Positions 60,127 through 64,000 of a DNA stretch of 64,000 nt are shown piece after piece. Each line of letters opens with the position of its first letter. Positions within the stretch are counted from its first letter, which is position 1. The stretch comes from an uncultured delta proteobacterium (GTDB taxonomy: Bacteria; Desulfobacterota; Binatia; UBA9968). Both the position numbers and the translations under genes were made by a program. The notes beneath the pieces are model-generated. The model was not told the origin of the DNA. It searched no databases and saw only the letters and a list, made by a program, of their open reading frames with translations. The DNA is taken from positions 1 to 64,000 of the forward strand of contig CAWDPO010000014.1 in assembly GCA_963804165.1 (NCBI GenBank). The letters are read 5' to 3'.

Positions 60127-61116
60127 TCAGAACTTTAACCCTTCGACGAATTTCTCCTGCTTCAGCCGGTCCATGATCGAGCTATCGACGAACTCCTTCG
60201 GGTCGCGGCGCGGGGCGTCGGGGTATTCTTTGCCGAAGTTTTCTAAAATGAGCTTTGTGCCCTCGATCGTTGGGGTGATGTAATCCGGCATGAGGGACGA
60301 GACAAATTCAAACTCGGTGGCGGCCAGCTTGGGATCGTTGATCTTCATGTATTTGCTGATGATGCGTTCGCTGTCGGCGCGGTTGCGCTTGAGCGCGACG
60401 ATCGATTCCGTGGCGCACTTCATGTAGCGATAGGCGAGCTCGCGATTCTTGTTGAGCCAGGTTTCTTCGACGACGACGGAAGTCCACGGAAAAGGGATCG
60501 CCATCTGCTGGGCCGTGGCGAGCACGCGAAAGCCCAGCGCGCGGGCGTTGTCCGTCGCGGCGGCGCCGAGAAAAGTATATTGAATCGTGCCGGTTTTTAG
60601 AGCGGCGACACGGCTCGAGTCGCCTCCCATTTGCAGCATCTTTAGGTCCCTGTCCACGTTGAGGCCGTTTTTGCGGAAGAGATAGCGAAAGCCCTGGTCG
60701 GTGGACGAGCCGAAGCGTGAGATGCCGGCGAGCTTACCTGGGAGATCCGGGATTCCTTTGATGTCGGGATGGACGACCAGATTTGACGCGAGCCAAGGTA
60801 AGGGATTGCCCAGGATCGTCAGCTTGACGCCGCGCAAGCGCGCTTCGATCGACACCGGCCCGCCGCCGGCGATCTGCACGCTTCCGCCGACGAGGGCGGC
60901 GATGTTCATCGTACCGCTATTGATGTAGAGCAATTCGCCTTCAAGTCCGTGCTTGGCAAAGAAATTTTTCTCTTGGGCTACCCAAAGAAAAGCTTGAGTT
61001 GCATTGACGGCTGAATAAGAGATGCGTAACCTATCGGCAGCGAAAAGGCTCGAAGCCGAGCCACTTATCGCGATCGTGATCACCAGAAGGACGATGACTC
61101 TATTGAATCTGTTCAT
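60127..61116 (-). CDS. ABC substrate-binding protein, NMT1/SsuA family
   Basis: Signal peptide, WVA.EK.FF.KHGL, AALVGG, G.SRFGS.TD, R.AAL..G, FVD.S. Confidence 0.88.
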   Translation of the reverse strand: MNRFNRVIVLLVITIAISGSASSLFAADRLRISYSAVNATQAFLWVAQEKNFFAKHGLEGELLYINSGTMNIAALVGGSVQIAGGGPVSIEARLRGVKLTILGNPLPWLASNLVVHPDIKGIPDLPGKLAGISRFGSSTDQGFRYLFRKNGLNVDRDLKMLQMGGDSSRVAALKTGTIQYTFLGAAATDNARALGFRVLATAQQMAIPFPWTSVVVEETWLNKNRELAYRYMKCATESIVALKRNRADSERIISKYMKINDPKLAATEFEFVSSLMPDYITPTIEGTKLILENFGKEYPDAPRRDPKEFVDSSIMDRLKQEKFVEGLKF

Positions 61117-61439
61117 GGTGACGAAATGGATACAGCGATCGAGGGCGCTAGGTCAAGCTTTGATGGGGCGGTCGAGGCAGCCGAATGAACCTGAGCGCGG
61201 CTTGTGCCGGCGCTTGGCGCAACGAGGCGTCGTCAACGATAGGCAGCGTTCTGCGATCTTTGCTCGCGGTTTGTCTCGGAATGCTGCAAAACGAAGGAGC
61301 TGTTCGGCGACGGCTCTCCAATTATTGCCTACAAAGAGACCTCAAGATTGCTTTTAGCTCATGCCGGCTTTATAGTTTTGCGCCAAGCAGTAAATATAGA
61401 TCCGCCCACTGATGTACATCCTCAACAAAAGCGCGCGCG

Positions 61440-62201
61440 ATGAGCTTCGATTTCCATGACAGAGTCGCCTTGGTGACCGGTGCCGCCTCCGGCATAGGTC
61501 GCGCCAGCGCATTGGCATTTGCGCGCGCCGGCGCAAAGGTGGTTGTCGCCGACATCACCGACGTCGGCGGGCGCGAAACGGTTGACGCAATTACGTCCAG
61601 CCACGGCGAAGCCGTTTTCATCAAGACTGATGTCACAAAGACCGCCGAAGTCAGTTCTTTGATCGACAAAGTCGTAGCGCATTTCGGCAAGCTGGACTTT
61701 GCTCATAACAACGCAGGCACCGAGGGTGTGATTGCGTTTACACATGACTGTTCCGAAGAAAATTGGGATGCAACTATAAACGCCAATCTCAAGGGAGTCT
61801 GGCTTTGTCTGAAATACGAGCTTCCGCCCATGCTCGAGCAGCGCTTCGGGGTCATCGTCAATACATCCTCGGTGGCGGGACTGGTCGGACTGAAAGGCTC
61901 GCCGGCTTACGCCGCCAGCAAGCATGGAGTGATCGGGCTGACAAAAACAGCCGCCCTCGAATACGCCAAAACCGGCGTTCGGATCAATGCTGTTTGCCCT
62001 GGCCTTATTCGCACGCCGATGATCGAGCGGCAGATAAAAGATAATCCGCAAAAAGAAGCAAATTTGATCGGCCAGCAACCTTTCGGACGCATGGGGACGC
62101 CCGAGGAAGTCGCTGGCGCAGTGATGTGGTTGTGCTCGGATACCGCGTCCTTCGTCACCGGCACCGCAGTTCAGGTGGACGGCGGCTTGGTCGCACTATG
62201 A
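61440..62201 (+). CDS. Short-chain dehydrogenase/reductase (LinC/CpnA-like)
   Basis: TGAASGIG, NNAG, YAASKHGVIGLTK, NAVCPG.I.TPM, VDGG. Confidence 0.92.
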   Translation: MSFDFHDRVALVTGAASGIGRASALAFARAGAKVVVADITDVGGRETVDAITSSHGEAVFIKTDVTKTAEVSSLIDKVVAHFGKLDFAHNNAGTEGVIAFTHDCSEENWDATINANLKGVWLCLKYELPPMLEQRFGVIVNTSSVAGLVGLKGSPAYAASKHGVIGLTKTAALEYAKTGVRINAVCPGLIRTPMIERQIKDNPQKEANLIGQQPFGRMGTPEEVAGAVMWLCSDTASFVTGTAVQVDGGLVAL

Positions 62202-62202
62202 A

Positions 62203-63642
62203 ATGCGAGGTCGAATACATTCGATGATATCAGGAACATTAGAGCGTAGAGACGTAGACGGGCCGCCGGCGATGGCGCTGATCGGCGCGAAAGGCAATTT
62301 CTTCCAGTTCATGAGAGATCCCGTCGGTTCGATGATCAGACTGCACCACAATCATGGAAAAGTTGTTGCCCTGACCAAGGGACTCGCGCAAAGCGGCATC
62401 TGTCTGTTTGGCCCTGAATACAACCGGCAGGTACTGAGTGATGGTTCGATCTTCCAATGCACGGGGTACGTTCATGCGGGGCCGATGAGCTCGGCCAATC
62501 ACCGGATCAGCCGCAGCTTGTTGAGTATGAACGGAGAACAGCACAGAGAGCATCGAAAAATGATGACGCCTGCTTTCCATCCCGGCCTCTTGCCGTCTTA
62601 TCAAGAGAAAATCATCCGGTTGGTCGATCAAATGCTGGAGCGTTGGGATGGGCAGTCTTCGATCAATCTCTCCCATGAGATGAGACAGTTGTCTTTGGCC
62701 GTTTCGGGCATGGTGTTGTTTGGTCTCGACAGCGCGGCTCAGGCCTACGAAATGGGTGACACCATCGAGCGCTGGATGAAGCGCAATTTTTCCATTGCGC
62801 GCGCCATCCGGATCACGTTTCCAGGCTCGCCTTATCATCGCATGCTGCGGGCGGCGGAGAAGGTTGAAGATATCGTCAGGCAAACTCTCCAACAACGAAA
62901 ATTGCGCTTGCCGTCGGAGTCGAGTGACGTGCTGTCGGCTTTGCTGCAATCACCAAACAACGGCAGCGAAGCGCTGACCGCAGAGCAACAAATCGGCCAT
63001 TTTACCCTTCTCTTCGGTGCAAGTTATGACACGGTCGCCAACGGTTTAGCTTGGACCCAGTTCTTATTGTGCGAACATCCATCGGTTTGTGGGAAACTCA
63101 TGGAGGAACTCGACGGGCTGCGCGGAGCAACTCCCGATCCCGGTGGTTGGGAGCAGTTGCCACTGCTTGATCAGGTCGTCAAGGAAAGCTTGCGCATTCT
63201 CCCGCCGATCGTCTTTAGCTCTCGCGTTTGCAGCGAACCCGTTGAGATCGGCCCCTATCAATTTGGCAAAGGAACAACGTTCATACTAAGCCACTATATT
63301 ACCCACCATATGCCGGACTTGTACCCGCAGCCGGAAAGATTCTTGCCGGAGCGGTGGGCAAACACGAGTCCGAGTCTGTATTCGTATTTACCCTTTGGGG
63401 CCGGCGCTCACGTGTGTCTTGGAGCCTCCTTCGCCATCATGACCATGAAGATCGCCATCGCGATGATCCTGCAACGCTATCGCCTTTCGATCGTGCCCAA
63501 CTCCAGGATCGATCGTAACGTCGTGCTTACCCTCAATCCGTCCCAGGGCATCTCCATGAGAATACAGCGCCAAGATCGCGAATTCCAAAAAAGCAAGGCC
63601 GCCGTACGCGGAAATATTCATGAAATGGTTAATCTAAATTAA
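62203..63642 (+). CDS. Cytochrome P450
   Basis: I-helix GASYDTV, ESLR (ExxR), PERW, FGAGAHVCLG heme ligand. Confidence 0.93.
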   Translation: MRGRIHSMISGTLERRDVDGPPAMALIGAKGNFFQFMRDPVGSMIRLHHNHGKVVALTKGLAQSGICLFGPEYNRQVLSDGSIFQCTGYVHAGPMSSANHRISRSLLSMNGEQHREHRKMMTPAFHPGLLPSYQEKIIRLVDQMLERWDGQSSINLSHEMRQLSLAVSGMVLFGLDSAAQAYEMGDTIERWMKRNFSIARAIRITFPGSPYHRMLRAAEKVEDIVRQTLQQRKLRLPSESSDVLSALLQSPNNGSEALTAEQQIGHFTLLFGASYDTVANGLAWTQFLLCEHPSVCGKLMEELDGLRGATPDPGGWEQLPLLDQVVKESLRILPPIVFSSRVCSEPVEIGPYQFGKGTTFILSHYITHHMPDLYPQPERFLPERWANTSPSLYSYLPFGAGAHVCLGASFAIMTMKIAIAMILQRYRLSIVPNSRIDRNVVLTLNPSQGISMRIQRQDREFQKSKAAVRGNIHEMVNLN

Positions 63643-63922
63643 TCCGTTCCTATGGCATGCGCGGTTCCCCGTCTACGCGATTGATATGCGCATGGAATGT
63701 TCGCGTGAAGACCGACCGCGGTTTTGAGAACCCCCCTTATCGCGCCGCTTCAGCGCAGTGCTCCGGTTGTTTTTTGTTTGCACATTCTGCCCATTGTTCG
63801 GCGGCACAGCTCTCCGGCGCGCTGGCGATAACTTCGAACAGGATACGTTGACTGCGATGCCTCAGATCAATTGTAATCTGCAGAGTTGATGATCTATATT
63901 TGACACGCTTGGAGGTAATCAA

Positions 63923-64000
63923 ATGGCAACGCATTGGTTGTTTAAGACCGAACCTTCGGTCTATTCATACGAACAATTGGTGAAGGACAAAAAGACCATG
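63923..64000 (+). CDS. EVE domain protein (runs off the window end)
   Basis: GGAGG RBS; MATHWLFKTEPSVYSYEQL matches the EVE N-terminal W.L.K.EP motif. Confidence 0.8.
   Translation, partial: MATHWLFKTEPSVYSYEQLVKDKKTM

Noticed and set aside
63643-63922. Small ORFs or RNA between P450 and the EVE gene
   Set aside because: No RBS, motif or convincing structure.

Overview
A GC-rich bacterial chromosomal window. Gene content (many orphan NMT1/SsuA-type binding proteins, amidohydrolases, a phthalate-dioxygenase-type Rieske protein, DUF4911) suggests Ca. Binatia/Binatota or a related deltaproteobacterial lineage; this is inference. Many frameshifts point to an error-prone, probably long-read, assembly. 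In order: (1) end of a glycan locus (GT4, WcaJ, O-antigen-ligase-like, cupin) running into a type II secretion cluster gspEFGHIJKLM-C-D, whose secretin has a C-terminal SPOR domain; (2) a tightly packed ~10 kb operon-like run of CoxD/CoxE/split XdhC molybdo-hydroxylase maturation genes, then archaeal-type CTP-dependent riboflavin kinase, UbiX, type-2 IPP isomerase, two split-barrel flavoproteins (one PhdC/YclD-like) and a MacAB-type exporter; (3) gene debris, dehydrogenases, binding proteins, a PQQ dehydrogenase with cytochrome c and a Rieske oxygenase; (4) rnr, DUF4911, AsmA; (5) a paaFGHH'J lower pathway with TetR, ahpC, VIT1, nfo, DUF885, USP; (6) aldolase/LigJ, a stand-alone tandem subtilase-propeptide protein, an amidohydrolase followed by a BrnTA cassette with a 177-bp duplication, GFA, MBL, CMD, SDR-P450 and the start of an EVE gene. 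The best candidate for an undescribed system is the apparently self-contained prenylated-FMN (prFMN) supply and maturation module, which has no UbiD client in the window and is joined to Moco-insertion chaperones. No rRNA, tRNA, CRISPR array or transposase was recognised. All family calls are from motif recognition by eye, not database searches.
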